A stretch of 64,000 nucleotides of DNA from an uncultured Actinomycetes bacterium (lineage in GTDB: Bacteria; Actinomycetota; Thermoleophilia; RBG-16-64-13). Of the stretch, positions 1-9,256 are shown piece by piece. Below the pieces are notes generated by a model. The model worked only from the letters and a program-made list of their open reading frames with translations, was not told the origin of the DNA and searched no databases. How positions within the stretch are numbered: position 1 is the first letter of the stretch; every line of letters begins with the position of its first letter. The stretch lies in the NCBI GenBank assembly GCA_963706025.1, contig CAVPLM010000003.1, positions 320,001 to 384,000 on the forward strand, read 5' to 3'. The position numbers and the translations under genes were made by a program.

Positions 1-1
1 A

Positions 2-1390
2 CTCGGCGACCAGAAGATCAAGGTTGCCTGCATCGGGCCCGCCGGAGAGAAGCAGGTGCCTCTGGCGTGCGTGATGAACGACGAGCAGCGGGCCGCCGGC
101 CGGGGCGGGGCCGGCGCGGTCATGGGTTCCAAGAACCTGAAAGCCATCGCCGTCCGCGGGAGCATGAAGGTCCCTGTGGCGGACGAGGCCCGGCTGCGCG
201 AGATCTCCAAGGAACTGCGCGGCCGTCTGGAGCAGCACCCGGTCGTTTCCCTGTTCAAGCCCTACGGGACCGCCTGTCTCATGGAGCACGGCTGGGTCAG
301 CGGCGACGTCCCCAACAAGAACTGGGGAAAGGGTGTGTGGCGGGAAGGCTGCGAGGTCCTCAATGGCCGCGTTATGGCCGAGACTATCCTGGTGCCGCAC
401 GCGGCCTGCCAGGGGTGTTTCATCCGCTGCGCCCGCTGGGTGAAGATCGACGAGGGCCCGTTCGCGATGGATGGCCCGGGTCCCGAGTACGAGACTCTGG
501 CGGCTTTCGGCACGATGCTGATGAACGACGACCTGGCGGCGGTCTGCCATGCCAACGATCTGGCCAACCGCTATGGCGTAGACACCATCTCCACCGGGTC
601 GGCCATCGCCTTCGCCATGGAGGCCTACGAAAAGGGCGTCATCACCAAGGAAGAGGCGGGCTGCGAGCTCACGTGGGGCAATGTCGACGCCATCATGGAG
701 ATGATCGAACAGATCGGTAACGCCCGCGGGCTCGGGGCCATCCTGGGCAAGGGCGTGAAGCGCGCGGCCGCCGAGCTGGGCCGAGGGACTGAGGACTACG
801 CCGTCCATGTGAAAGGCATGGAGGTCCCATACCACGATCCCCGCGCTTTCTTCTCCATGGCTACGACCTATGCCACCGGACCGCGGGGGGCCTGCCACAT
901 GCATGGGGCCTCCTTCATCATGGAGCAGGGAGCGCCCCGTCCCGATACCGGCGTTCCGCCCGAGGTCGACCGTTTCGCCAACGAAGGCAAAGGCATCCTG
1001 GCCAAGCTGGCCCAGGACAAGTATTCGGTGACCGGTTCGATGGTCATATGCGTCATGCTCTCTGATGGCATGATCTTCGCCGACCAGGCGAGCGTGCTCG
1101 AGGCTGTGACCGGCGAACCCTGGACGGTCGAGCGGGTCGCGAAGACGGGCGAACGCATCACCAACCTGCAACGCGTCTTCAGCCTGAAGTGCGGCATAAC
1201 GGGGGCAGACGACAGGCTGCCGAAGCGGCTGCTCGAGGGACCCGACGAAGGTAGTCACGCCGGGAAGGTGCCCGACATGACCGTTCTTCTGCCGGATTAC
1301 TATCGCGAGCGCGGTTGGGACGAGAACGGTCGTCCCACCCCGGCGAAACTCGAGGAGCTGGGACTGGTGGAGATAGCGGGGGAGTTCTAG
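2..1390 (+). CDS. aor: Aldehyde:ferredoxin oxidoreductase (AOR/WOR family), 5'-partial
   Basis: Frame open from window edge (LGDQKIKVACIGPAGEK); motifs RAAGRGGAGAVMGSKNLKAI, CxxCxxxC, GPEYET, DTISTG, YYRERGWD. Confidence 0.93.
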   Translation, partial: LGDQKIKVACIGPAGEKQVPLACVMNDEQRAAGRGGAGAVMGSKNLKAIAVRGSMKVPVADEARLREISKELRGRLEQHPVVSLFKPYGTACLMEHGWVSGDVPNKNWGKGVWREGCEVLNGRVMAETILVPHAACQGCFIRCARWVKIDEGPFAMDGPGPEYETLAAFGTMLMNDDLAAVCHANDLANRYGVDTISTGSAIAFAMEAYEKGVITKEEAGCELTWGNVDAIMEMIEQIGNARGLGAILGKGVKRAAAELGRGTEDYAVHVKGMEVPYHDPRAFFSMATTYATGPRGACHMHGASFIMEQGAPRPDTGVPPEVDRFANEGKGILAKLAQDKYSVTGSMVICVMLSDGMIFADQASVLEAVTGEPWTVERVAKTGERITNLQRVFSLKCGITGADDRLPKRLLEGPDEGSHAGKVPDMTVLLPDYYRERGWDENGRPTPAKLEELGLVEIAGEF

Positions 1391-1391
1391 A

Positions 1392-1673
1392 GTGCAGGTG
1401 ACCGTGAGCTTCCTGGGGTCGCTGCGCGATCAGCTCGGGAAGCAGTCATTGGTGGTCGAGCTCCCGGCCGCGGCGACATACCGAGATCTTCTGGACAGCA
1501 TCGCCCCCACGATGCAGGAGAAGCTGGCCGCTTGGGCGTGGGATGCCGAGAGACGATCGTTCCCTGGTCAGATGATGGTCTCGCGGAACCTGTCGGTCGA
1601 CGTACGAGACGAGAGCACGATCCTGGCCGACGGCGACGAGATCATCGTCGTCCCGCCGCTGGCCGGAGGGTGA
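1392..1673 (+). CDS. MoaD/ThiS-family sulfur carrier
   Basis: 93 aa, C-terminal PPLAGG, immediately after AOR. Confidence 0.88.
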   Translation: MQVTVSFLGSLRDQLGKQSLVVELPAAATYRDLLDSIAPTMQEKLAAWAWDAERRSFPGQMMVSRNLSVDVRDESTILADGDEIIVVPPLAGG

Positions 1674-1696
1674 GCGCCTTAAGGCAGGAAGCGGCT

Positions 1697-2415
1697 CTAC
1701 GGAAGGAACCGGCTCGGATCCGTCAGGAAGTCGCGGTACAGGCGGAAGTGATCCGTCGCTTCGTACTCCGTTTCCCGGATGCCCGTGTCTGCGAGAAGGA
1801 AGATCTGGCTGTCGGGCAGCGCCATGAGAATCGGGGAGTGTGTCGCGATCACGAACTGAGCGTGGCTGGAAACGCGATGGGCCGCGAGGATCCTCAGGAG
1901 CTCCAGTTGGCTCGCCGGGGAGAGGGCACTCTCGGGTTCGTCCAGGAAGTACAGCCCCGGCACACTGTAGCGGCCGGCCAGGTAGGCCAGGATCCCCTCT
2001 CCATGGGACCTCGCCGTAAGGTCGGCACCGCCGTGGTATTTGGCTTGACCAGGATCGAGCCGCGTCACGTCGTCGAGGAACTCCGCCCACTCGCGGAAGG
2101 CCTCCGCGCTGAACAGCCCCCCGGTGACGCTGCCCTCGACGAGGGTGACCCGCACGTGGTGACTCAAGGCCGCCGCCGAGAGTTCGTCGCTAGCCAGATA
2201 GCGCCTGGGCTGACCCCACATGGGCAGTCCGCAAAGCTGCGCCACCGCCTGGATGAGCGTGGACTTCCCCGATCCGTTCTCCCCCACCAAGAAGCTCACC
2301 GAGCGGTTGAAGTCCAGCCTCTGGCGCCCCTGCAGGGGCGCCACGTTGAAGGGGTACCTTCCCCGATCCGGGAACTCGTCGCCCCGGATCTCCACGCTTT
2401 GCAGCAGAGACTCAT
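1697..2415 (-). CDS. ABC/AAA-type predicted ATPase (COG3910-like)
   Basis: Walker A GENGSGKS, SHGE signature, LDEPESALSP, IATHSPIL; probable true ATG at 2415 overlapping upstream stop, with a frameshift near the start (ORF track starts 2395). Confidence 0.82.
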
Positions 2416-4712
2416 CGAAAGTCCGGGGAGGAGTCCAGAAGTATCAGCGCGTCGGCGGCCTTGACCCCTCGCCCCTCTGCGCCCACCATCAGGGGGTTGA
2501 TGTCTATCTCCGCGAGATACGGCTCGAGGTCGAGGGCAAGTCGCGACATCTTGAGCAGCACGTCCTCGATCGCGGCGACGTCCGCCCTCGGGTGACCTCG
2601 GGCGCCGGTAAGCAGCTTGAAGCCTTTGGTCTCGCGGACCATCGCGGCCGCGTCGGTCTCCGTCAGGGGGGCCACTCTGAGAGCGACGTCTTCGAAAACT
2701 TCCACGAAGATACCGCCCAGACCGAACAGGAGCGTCGGTCCGAACTGGGGGTCCCTCTTCATGCCGACTATGCACTCGGCGACCGAATCGGCCACCATCT
2801 CCTGTATCAGCACCCCGTTGATGGTCGCCTCCGGGTAGCGCTCCGCTCCCTGCCGCAGGATGCGGTGAAACTCGGCCTCCGCTGTTTCGGCTGTGCCGCA
2901 GCCCAGCGCGACCAGGCCGGCCTCGGTCTTGTGGAGGATGTCGGGGGAGTCGATCTTCAGCACCACCGGGAACTCGAATACGGGCAGCGTTGCCGCGAGC
3001 TGGTCCGCGCTGGCCACAGGCCACTCCCGCGTTATCGGGATGCCGTAGGCCTCCAATACCTTCTTCGCCTCGTGCTCGCTCAGGCTCTTCTGCCCACGCG
3101 CCAAGGCCGTTTCTATGATCGCGCGGGCTCGGTCCACTGCCTGGTCCTGGTCGACGACTCGGCTTCGTTCCGACACTTCGCCTCCGTCCTTGCTCATGCC
3201 CCCCTCACCCCGCCGGTAGTAATCGATCACGTGGCCCAACGCCCGGAACGCCCGGTCGGGCGTCGGGTACACGGCTATTCCGTTGTCTTGATAGTAGCGG
3301 CGCAGTCTCAGTCTCTCCGCTTCCACGGCGATATCGCTGCGCGGGTCAAGGTTCTCCCTGAGCACCACGACGACCGGTATGCCCGATATCCGCTGGATGT
3401 CGATGGGGATCTCGGAGAGCCAGGGCTCGTCCTCCGTGGATGTCTGGCTCGCGTAGTGCATCAGCCGTCGGAGTTCCTTGGACAGCACTATCCTGTCCAG
3501 GATGATCGTTCCGACCTCACCTGACCCGGCCATGGCCTCGAGAACGCCCTTCACCACCGGAGGCGAGGGCATCGGGGCGAGGACGTCCACCGGGTTGGAG
3601 GCGGTGGAGCCCACCGGGGGGAGGAAAGAGGCGATCTTGTCGCGGATCGCTGGGCTCATCGGTGGCATAGTGAGGCCGGCCCGATAGCATGCGTCGCTGG
3701 CCACCACGCTGTTGCCTCCGCCGGCACACACATAGCCGATGCGTGGGTCGGCGAGCCGGGGCAGGAAATGGAAGGCGGCGAGGCAGTCCAGGAGCTCCTC
3801 GAGGCTCTCTACCCGTACCACCCCTGCCTGGCGGAGCACTGCGGCCCAGACTTCGAGGTTGCCGGCCAAGGCGCCGGTGTGGCTGCTCGCGGCCACCGCC
3901 CCTTGGGGCGTCGCCCCTCCCTTCCACAGCACTACCGGTTTCGTGGCGGCGACCCGGCGCAGTACATCGGCGAACCTCCGGCCGTCCCGCGCTCCCTCGA
4001 CGTACATCCCGATGATGCTGGTGGCCGGGTCGGCGCCCATGTATTCGAGAAGGTCGGCCTCGTTGAGATCGAGGGCGTTCCCGAAACTGATCACCTTGCT
4101 CGAGTAGAAGCCGAAGTTGGGTGTGGCGCGGGCAAAGTCCTCCGACAGCCCTCCGCTCTGGGCGACAAAGGCCACGTCGCCACTCTCACGGGGATAGCCC
4201 TCGCCAGGATGCTGGGTAACGCCGCCCGCCGGGGAATAGACACCCAGGCAGTTGGGCCCCACCATGCGGAAGCTGCCGTCGAACTGCTCGCGCAGTTCAG
4301 CCTCAAGAGCTCTGCCTTCCTCCGTACCCGTTTCGCCGAAGCCGCCGGTGAAGGCCACGATCGTCTTGACACCCTTCTCCCGACACTCCCGCACCACCGA
4401 CGGTAGAGTCTGGGCGGGCACGAAGAGGAAGGCCAGGTCGGCAGCCTCCGGCAGCGAGGCGACCGATGGGTAGACCTCCAGCCCCATCAACTGCCCCCCT
4501 CGGGCGCTGATAGGGTAGAGCCGGCCGGGGAATCCGAAGTGGAGGAGAGCCCGGAGCATGGAAGTGCCTGGTTTCCAGGTGTCCTGAGAGACGCCGACGA
4601 CCGCTACGCTACTGGGGAAGAAAAGCGGTCGCAACTCCTCGTAGATGCCCGGTTGCGCCACGTCGGTCGATTTGGCCTCGGGTCCCTCTTGTTCACTCAT
4701 GTCGCGGGTCAC
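2412..4712 (-). CDS. ADP-forming acyl-CoA synthetase (CoA-binding alpha + ATP-grasp beta)
   Basis: GPNCLG, SHTGALAG phospho-His, LSEHEAKKVLEAYGIP, KIDSPDILHKTEAG, EIDINPL; beta part has its own possible ATG at 3197. Confidence 0.9.
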   Translation of the reverse strand: MTRDMSEQEGPEAKSTDVAQPGIYEELRPLFFPSSVAVVGVSQDTWKPGTSMLRALLHFGFPGRLYPISARGGQLMGLEVYPSVASLPEAADLAFLFVPAQTLPSVVRECREKGVKTIVAFTGGFGETGTEEGRALEAELREQFDGSFRMVGPNCLGVYSPAGGVTQHPGEGYPRESGDVAFVAQSGGLSEDFARATPNFGFYSSKVISFGNALDLNEADLLEYMGADPATSIIGMYVEGARDGRRFADVLRRVAATKPVVLWKGGATPQGAVAASSHTGALAGNLEVWAAVLRQAGVVRVESLEELLDCLAAFHFLPRLADPRIGYVCAGGGNSVVASDACYRAGLTMPPMSPAIRDKIASFLPPVGSTASNPVDVLAPMPSPPVVKGVLEAMAGSGEVGTIILDRIVLSKELRRLMHYASQTSTEDEPWLSEIPIDIQRISGIPVVVVLRENLDPRSDIAVEAERLRLRRYYQDNGIAVYPTPDRAFRALGHVIDYYRRGEGGMSKDGGEVSERSRVVDQDQAVDRARAIIETALARGQKSLSEHEAKKVLEAYGIPITREWPVASADQLAATLPVFEFPVVLKIDSPDILHKTEAGLVALGCGTAETAEAEFHRILRQGAERYPEATINGVLIQEMVADSVAECIVGMKRDPQFGPTLLFGLGGIFVEVFEDVALRVAPLTETDAAAMVRETKGFKLLTGARGHPRADVAAIEDVLLKMSRLALDLEPYLAEIDINPLMVGAEGRGVKAADALILLDSSPDFR

Positions 4713-6385
4713 CCTTCTGGGGTCTCCAGTATGTAGACCACGCCGATATCGCCGTCGACCCTAACGCGCATCCCCGTCTTGAGTTTCTTCGTGCCTTCGA
4801 CGCACCCTGAAATGACCGGCAGGCCATACTCCCGGCCCAAGATGGCCGAGTGGCTCAAGATACCGCCGACGTCTGTGACGACGGCCTTGGCGACGTTGAA
4901 GAGGGGTGTCCACACTGAGGAGGTCTCGATCGTCACCAGGATGTCGCCGGGCTCGAACTTATCGAAGTCTTCCTCTGAGCGGAGCACCTTGACCACTCCC
5001 TCGGCGACGCCGGGGGTCGACACGGTGCCGTAGAGATCTGCGTTCAGTTCCGGTCTCACCCGGGGATGAGGCTGCTGTGTGCTGCGTAGCATAGGACTGC
5101 TCGCGATCACCTCTCCCAGTTTGGTGATGTCCCCGATGAACAGATCCGGTTCGGCTTTGCGGAAGCGCGCGTGCTCTGTTCTACGCTTGGCCACCAGATC
5201 TTGAGCAGGGAATCGGCCCAGAATGCGCGCGCTGATCTCTTCCGGAAGCAGGAAGTACACATCTTGGGGGTCGTCGACGATCCTTTGGACGGCGAACCTT
5301 CTCCCGATCTCCTTCGTCACCCGGCGGGCCAACGCATTGCCGTAATTCTCGGCATAGAATGGATGCTCATCGTCCACGACGCTCGACCACTGAGCCGCTC
5401 TCATCAGCTCGGCGAACGCTTCCTTCTTGTCCTCCGGTACGCGTGAAAGTACCTCTTCCTCAGCCCTCGCCCTCGCCTCGAGGAGCCTCGGTTGGGCTTC
5501 GTCCAGCGCGAACACCGGGACCATCATGAAGCGCCTGATCGACGGCAACACCTGGCTCGGCTTCTCGATCCAGGTGGGGTGGCTGGCATCCCAGTTCTCG
5601 ATGGTGCGCCAGCCGTATTCGGCCAGGAACGCGTGGAAAGCTGCGAGCCAGGCCCTTCCGGCCTCGGAGCTCTCCAGCCTGAGGAGCAGTTCTTCGTCGT
5701 TCGGCGTCTCCGCGAAGAGGGGCTCGAGTCCCGTTTCCCGGGCCTTCGCCCCCAGATAGAACATCTCCCTGTCGGTCTGCAGTATCTTGTGGTTGAAACC
5801 CGCCATGAGATCGTTGAACAGACGGTTGTTCCTGTCTATCCCGACGAGATCCTTGCACATCTCCTCGAACATCTCGTAGATCTTGCAGTAGGCAAGGAGC
5901 CACACCATATGCAGATTGCCGGCTCGCCGGTAAAGCCAGACCCATTCGTCGAAGGCGTCCGAAAGCTCGAAGTCCTCGCACCCCTCGATGTCGACGGCCT
6001 TGGCCTTCTCATAGAGGGCCATGACCTCGTCTACACCCTTGTTGTACTCCCGGCCGAAATCCTCGATCCAGGGTGCTATCCGTTTTTCGAATTTCGCCGT
6101 CCGCTCTTTGCGCTCCTCTTCAGTCGTGAAGAGGGTGCCGTCATAGACCCAGCCGTCTTTCAGCTTGCAGTCGAAGCCTCTGCATTCGGGGACGCAGAAG
6201 TACTCGTGCCCGTATTGGAGCCCGATGTTGTCGTAGTTGTACTGGAGCATCCACAGATCGAAGGGCGTGGGGGAACGCAGTGTCTCTTTCCGGTCGAGGA
6301 TCCAGACTTTGTAGCGTTCCAGGAGCGCCATATCGCGCTCCTCGTTCCAATTAACAAGCACGCCCTCGGTCGAGTAACCTGACAT
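4709..6385 (-). CDS. PEP-utilising mobile-domain protein, phenylphosphate synthase subunit A-like
   Basis: C-terminal swivel His domain (WTPLFNVAKAVVTDVGGILSHSAILGREYGLP...VDGDIG), long helical N-terminal region, no ATP-grasp; RBS AAGGAG. Confidence 0.8.
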   Translation of the reverse strand: MSGYSTEGVLVNWNEERDMALLERYKVWILDRKETLRSPTPFDLWMLQYNYDNIGLQYGHEYFCVPECRGFDCKLKDGWVYDGTLFTTEEERKERTAKFEKRIAPWIEDFGREYNKGVDEVMALYEKAKAVDIEGCEDFELSDAFDEWVWLYRRAGNLHMVWLLAYCKIYEMFEEMCKDLVGIDRNNRLFNDLMAGFNHKILQTDREMFYLGAKARETGLEPLFAETPNDEELLLRLESSEAGRAWLAAFHAFLAEYGWRTIENWDASHPTWIEKPSQVLPSIRRFMMVPVFALDEAQPRLLEARARAEEEVLSRVPEDKKEAFAELMRAAQWSSVVDDEHPFYAENYGNALARRVTKEIGRRFAVQRIVDDPQDVYFLLPEEISARILGRFPAQDLVAKRRTEHARFRKAEPDLFIGDITKLGEVIASSPMLRSTQQPHPRVRPELNADLYGTVSTPGVAEGVVKVLRSEEDFDKFEPGDILVTIETSSVWTPLFNVAKAVVTDVGGILSHSAILGREYGLPVISGCVEGTKKLKTGMRVRVDGDIGVVYILETPEG

Positions 6386-6403
6386 GGTCTCTGGCTCCTT
6401 ACC

Positions 6404-7366
6404 CTAGAATCTGAAGCTGATCCGGAATGTCTCGGGTCTTGTCTGCAGAATGAACACGGGGTCCGAGGGGGCGCCGCGATCGATCGCCCACTCGATGTCT
6501 TGGGGCCTGCCGAAGTGTGCCTCGATGCGCTTGCCGATCCTGGCCAATTCGAGCACTTCTTCATCGAGAAGGCAGCTGCAGCTTTCGCCCGCCTCAGAGG
6601 ATAGACCATCGCCCGGCGCCCCGGGGGCGATCCTGCGATCGACTATCGTGAACTCGGTGGCGTCCACGGTCCAGTTGTCGGGAATGACCGCTCCGGCGAC
6701 CACGATCTCCCCGAGGCCCCGGCACCCCTCGATGATCATCCGAGTGGCATCGGCCGTCGTCGGTTCCGCCGTGAACATGACACCCGCCGCGTCGGCGTCG
6801 ACCATCGCGAGCACCGCCACGCCTATAGGATCTGAGTCGAGCGGGAGCCCTTTGCGGGCTCGGGCGACCAGAGAGCGGGCGTTGAAGGTGCTGGACCACA
6901 CCCTGATCACGTTCTCCGCGACGGCGGCGCTCCCGGTCACGTTGAGGAAGCTCTCGTACTGTCCGGGGTGGCTCGCCGGCCCCGCGGACCGGGTGGCGAC
7001 GGGCAGGTTCGCAATGCCGGTCCTCGCGCATAGCCCGTCGTAGTGGCCGGCCAGGGTGTCTGAGATGTTCCGCGGCATGTCCTTCGACTCGACGATCTCG
7101 CACACGATCCTGGAAGCCTCCGTGAATCTGGCCAACTGCTTGGGATCGTCGGGGTCTGCCTCGAAGGGAGCCAAGTACTTCTTGATCTCGGCTCCGGCGC
7201 CGGTGGCCCTCATGAATTCCTCGTAGGCCTCCAGACAAAGCGCAAAGCCGGGCGGGACCTGAAAACCGGCCCTGGTCAGCTCGCCGAGGTTCGCGCACTT
7301 CCTGCCGACCGATCCACCGTCTGCTTGGGTCAGGTCTTCGAGCCAGGATATCCACTCACTCGTCAT
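6404..7366 (-). CDS. PEP/pyruvate-binding (ATP-grasp) protein, phenylphosphate synthase subunit B-like
   Basis: VGRKCANLGEL, VPPGFAL, VATRSAGPASHPGQYESFLNV, PQDIEWAID, FILQTRPE; start MTSEWISWL at 7366 in ATGA overlap. Confidence 0.82.
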   Translation of the reverse strand: MTSEWISWLEDLTQADGGSVGRKCANLGELTRAGFQVPPGFALCLEAYEEFMRATGAGAEIKKYLAPFEADPDDPKQLARFTEASRIVCEIVESKDMPRNISDTLAGHYDGLCARTGIANLPVATRSAGPASHPGQYESFLNVTGSAAVAENVIRVWSSTFNARSLVARARKGLPLDSDPIGVAVLAMVDADAAGVMFTAEPTTADATRMIIEGCRGLGEIVVAGAVIPDNWTVDATEFTIVDRRIAPGAPGDGLSSEAGESCSCLLDEEVLELARIGKRIEAHFGRPQDIEWAIDRGAPSDPVFILQTRPETFRISFRF

Positions 7367-8149
7367 CCGGTCGCCCCCATCCGGTTCGCCACGGGTCGGC
7401 CCCCCGCTGCTTCGCCCCCATATCTCACATTGTCTCTCAGGCCGTTGAAGCGCTCGATCACCATGATCCGCCTCGGTGGGCCCCCGGTAGATGTAGCCTG
7501 TGTAAAGGATAGTCTTGAACCCCCGCTTTTTGGCGGGGGTGATGTCCGCCCACTCCTTATCGCCCATCATGGCCGCTTCGCCGGGCAAGATCCCGCGGGC
7601 GTTCAGATCCTCGGCCAGTACGTCGTAGATCGTCCCGTCTTCCTTCGACGTCCCTTCGTACCGGGTATCCACCGCCCGGTCGGCAATGCGCATCCTCCCA
7701 CGTGGGGTCACCAGGGCCTCGAAGTATTTCAGGACGTCGTGTCTCTCCAAGAACCTGAATTCGCAGGAATCGTCCATAGGCCCAGGGCTGGTCCTGGCCG
7801 CCGTGACTACGGAAAGCTCTATACCCTCCTCGCGCAGGTAGCTCAGAGCCTCGTGCGCGCCGGGCGCCAGAGCCAGATACTCCTGCTCGACGCCGAGGAA
7901 CACCTCTCCGGCCGCGGGATCGTCATCGAACACATAGCCGAGAAGCTCGATTTTGTGACGTTCCAGGACCACCGGGAGGGAGCCGTACTTCTCGATCAGC
8001 ACGCGCCACCTATGGTATGCGCTCGCGCTCGACTCCGGTCTGCTCAAAGCCTTGGCGGTGTCGCCGGTCAGCAGATGGCCGCGTCTCGGAGTGACATCCA
8101 TCAAGCACTCACCCATGTCGATGCCCATCCACTTGACATCGAGGGTCAT
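7363..8149 (-). CDS. HAD-superfamily hydrolase (frameshift near 7462)
   Basis: GIDMGECL motif I, MMGDKEWADITPAKKRG motif IV; removing one base near 7462 gives ADHVIERF...GATG-stop overlapping the next ATG. Confidence 0.75.
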
Positions 8150-9033
8150 GGCGCGTCTGCTTCTCCGGACTCTCGATATCCCAGGTCATAGGAAAGGGCT
8201 GCCGCCACCTGTCTGAGGGCCTGCTGATACCGCCGGTCCTCGGCCTGTCCGTAGCGCACCTCGGAAACGACCAAGGAGAGACTGGCCCGGACCTCCCCGG
8301 AGAAGTCCCTCACGGGCACGGCCAGAGCGCACACCGCCCGCTGCTGCTCCTGGATGTCGTGAGCCACCCCTTCCTGCACCACCCGGCGGAGTTCGTCGGC
8401 GTAGCGGTCGGGATCGGTGATGGTGAACGGAGTGAGGGCCACCAAAGGGCGGCTCAAGGCTTTGGTCCGTCTTTCTTCCGGTCCGAAGGCCAGCAGCACT
8501 TTGCTGTGGGCATTGGCGAGGTCGGTGAATGTCTGGCCGACGTACATGAGGAACTTGAACGGACGCGGCGACGGGGAATGAGCGACGCACAAGGGGCCGT
8601 CCCCGTTCCAGACGGTGAGCCCCACGCTTTCGTCGGTGGCATCGGCCAGTCTCTCGAGATGCGGCGCTGCGAGACGGGCCAGAGCCGCCTCGGCTATCCA
8701 TACGTATGCCAGTTGGAGCACCGCCGGTCCCAGGAAGTACTTGCCGTTCAAGGGATTCAGAGCGATGACACCTTCCGCCTCCAAGGTCTTCGTCAGCCGG
8801 AACGCGGTGGTACGTCGCAGTCCCGACCGCCGGGCCAGTTCTGAGGGGTTCCATTCGGGGTGCCCAGAGTCGAACATGCGCACGATGCGCAGGGCCCGCT
8901 GGACCGATTGGACCAGAGAACCGCTACCCGGCTCGTCCAGATCGGGTTCGTCGGGGTCGAAAGCCGGATGTTCTGGGTCTTTGCTCACATCGGACCGCTC
9001 TGGAGACTCAGCTGTTTCTGTGGAGGAAGACAA
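8146..9033 (-). CDS. IclR-family transcriptional regulator
   Basis: VQSVQRALRIV...ELARRSGLRRTTAFRL HTH; AHSKVLLAF and CALAVPVRD effector-domain motifs; start uncertain. Confidence 0.92.
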   Translation of the reverse strand: MSSSTETAESPERSDVSKDPEHPAFDPDEPDLDEPGSGSLVQSVQRALRIVRMFDSGHPEWNPSELARRSGLRRTTAFRLTKTLEAEGVIALNPLNGKYFLGPAVLQLAYVWIAEAALARLAAPHLERLADATDESVGLTVWNGDGPLCVAHSPSPRPFKFLMYVGQTFTDLANAHSKVLLAFGPEERRTKALSRPLVALTPFTITDPDRYADELRRVVQEGVAHDIQEQQRAVCALAVPVRDFSGEVRASLSLVVSEVRYGQAEDRRYQQALRQVAAALSYDLGYRESGEADAP

Positions 9034-9050
9034 GGTCGCCGTGCAAGAGT

Positions 9051-9172
9051 ATTGTTCTATAATACGTCAGTCATGTCAATATTTTGGGACTGGAGCAGCC
9101 AAAACCTTGACATCGGGCCAGGCCTAGAGCTATCGTGAGACTGATTTTTGCCTTCTATAATCCAATAATGGA
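9051..9172. promoter_or_regulatory. Divergent sigma70-type promoters with candidate operator
   Basis: + strand TTGACA(9107-9112)-N18-TATCGT; - strand TTGACA(9079-9074)-N17-AACAAT; TTCTATAAT twice; palindrome TCCA-ATAA-TGGA 9161-9172. Confidence 0.5.
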
Positions 9173-9256
9173 CAGAGGAGTGCTTGCCCAGTCGTCGCTG
9201 CGCCGACGTCCATTGATTGGCTCTGGCCTTGTGGTAATCGGAGGTTCGTCTTGAGA

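Noticed and set aside
4709-7366. Housekeeping PEP synthase or rifampicin phosphotransferase
   Set aside because: Split into two genes and lacking the C-terminal PEP-binding TIM barrel; context favours an aryl kinase
6404-8149. Apparent 581-aa HAD/PEP-synthase fusion in the ORF track
   Set aside because: Removing one base near 7462 restores a normal HAD C-terminus whose TGA overlaps the ATG at 7366; most likely two coupled genes
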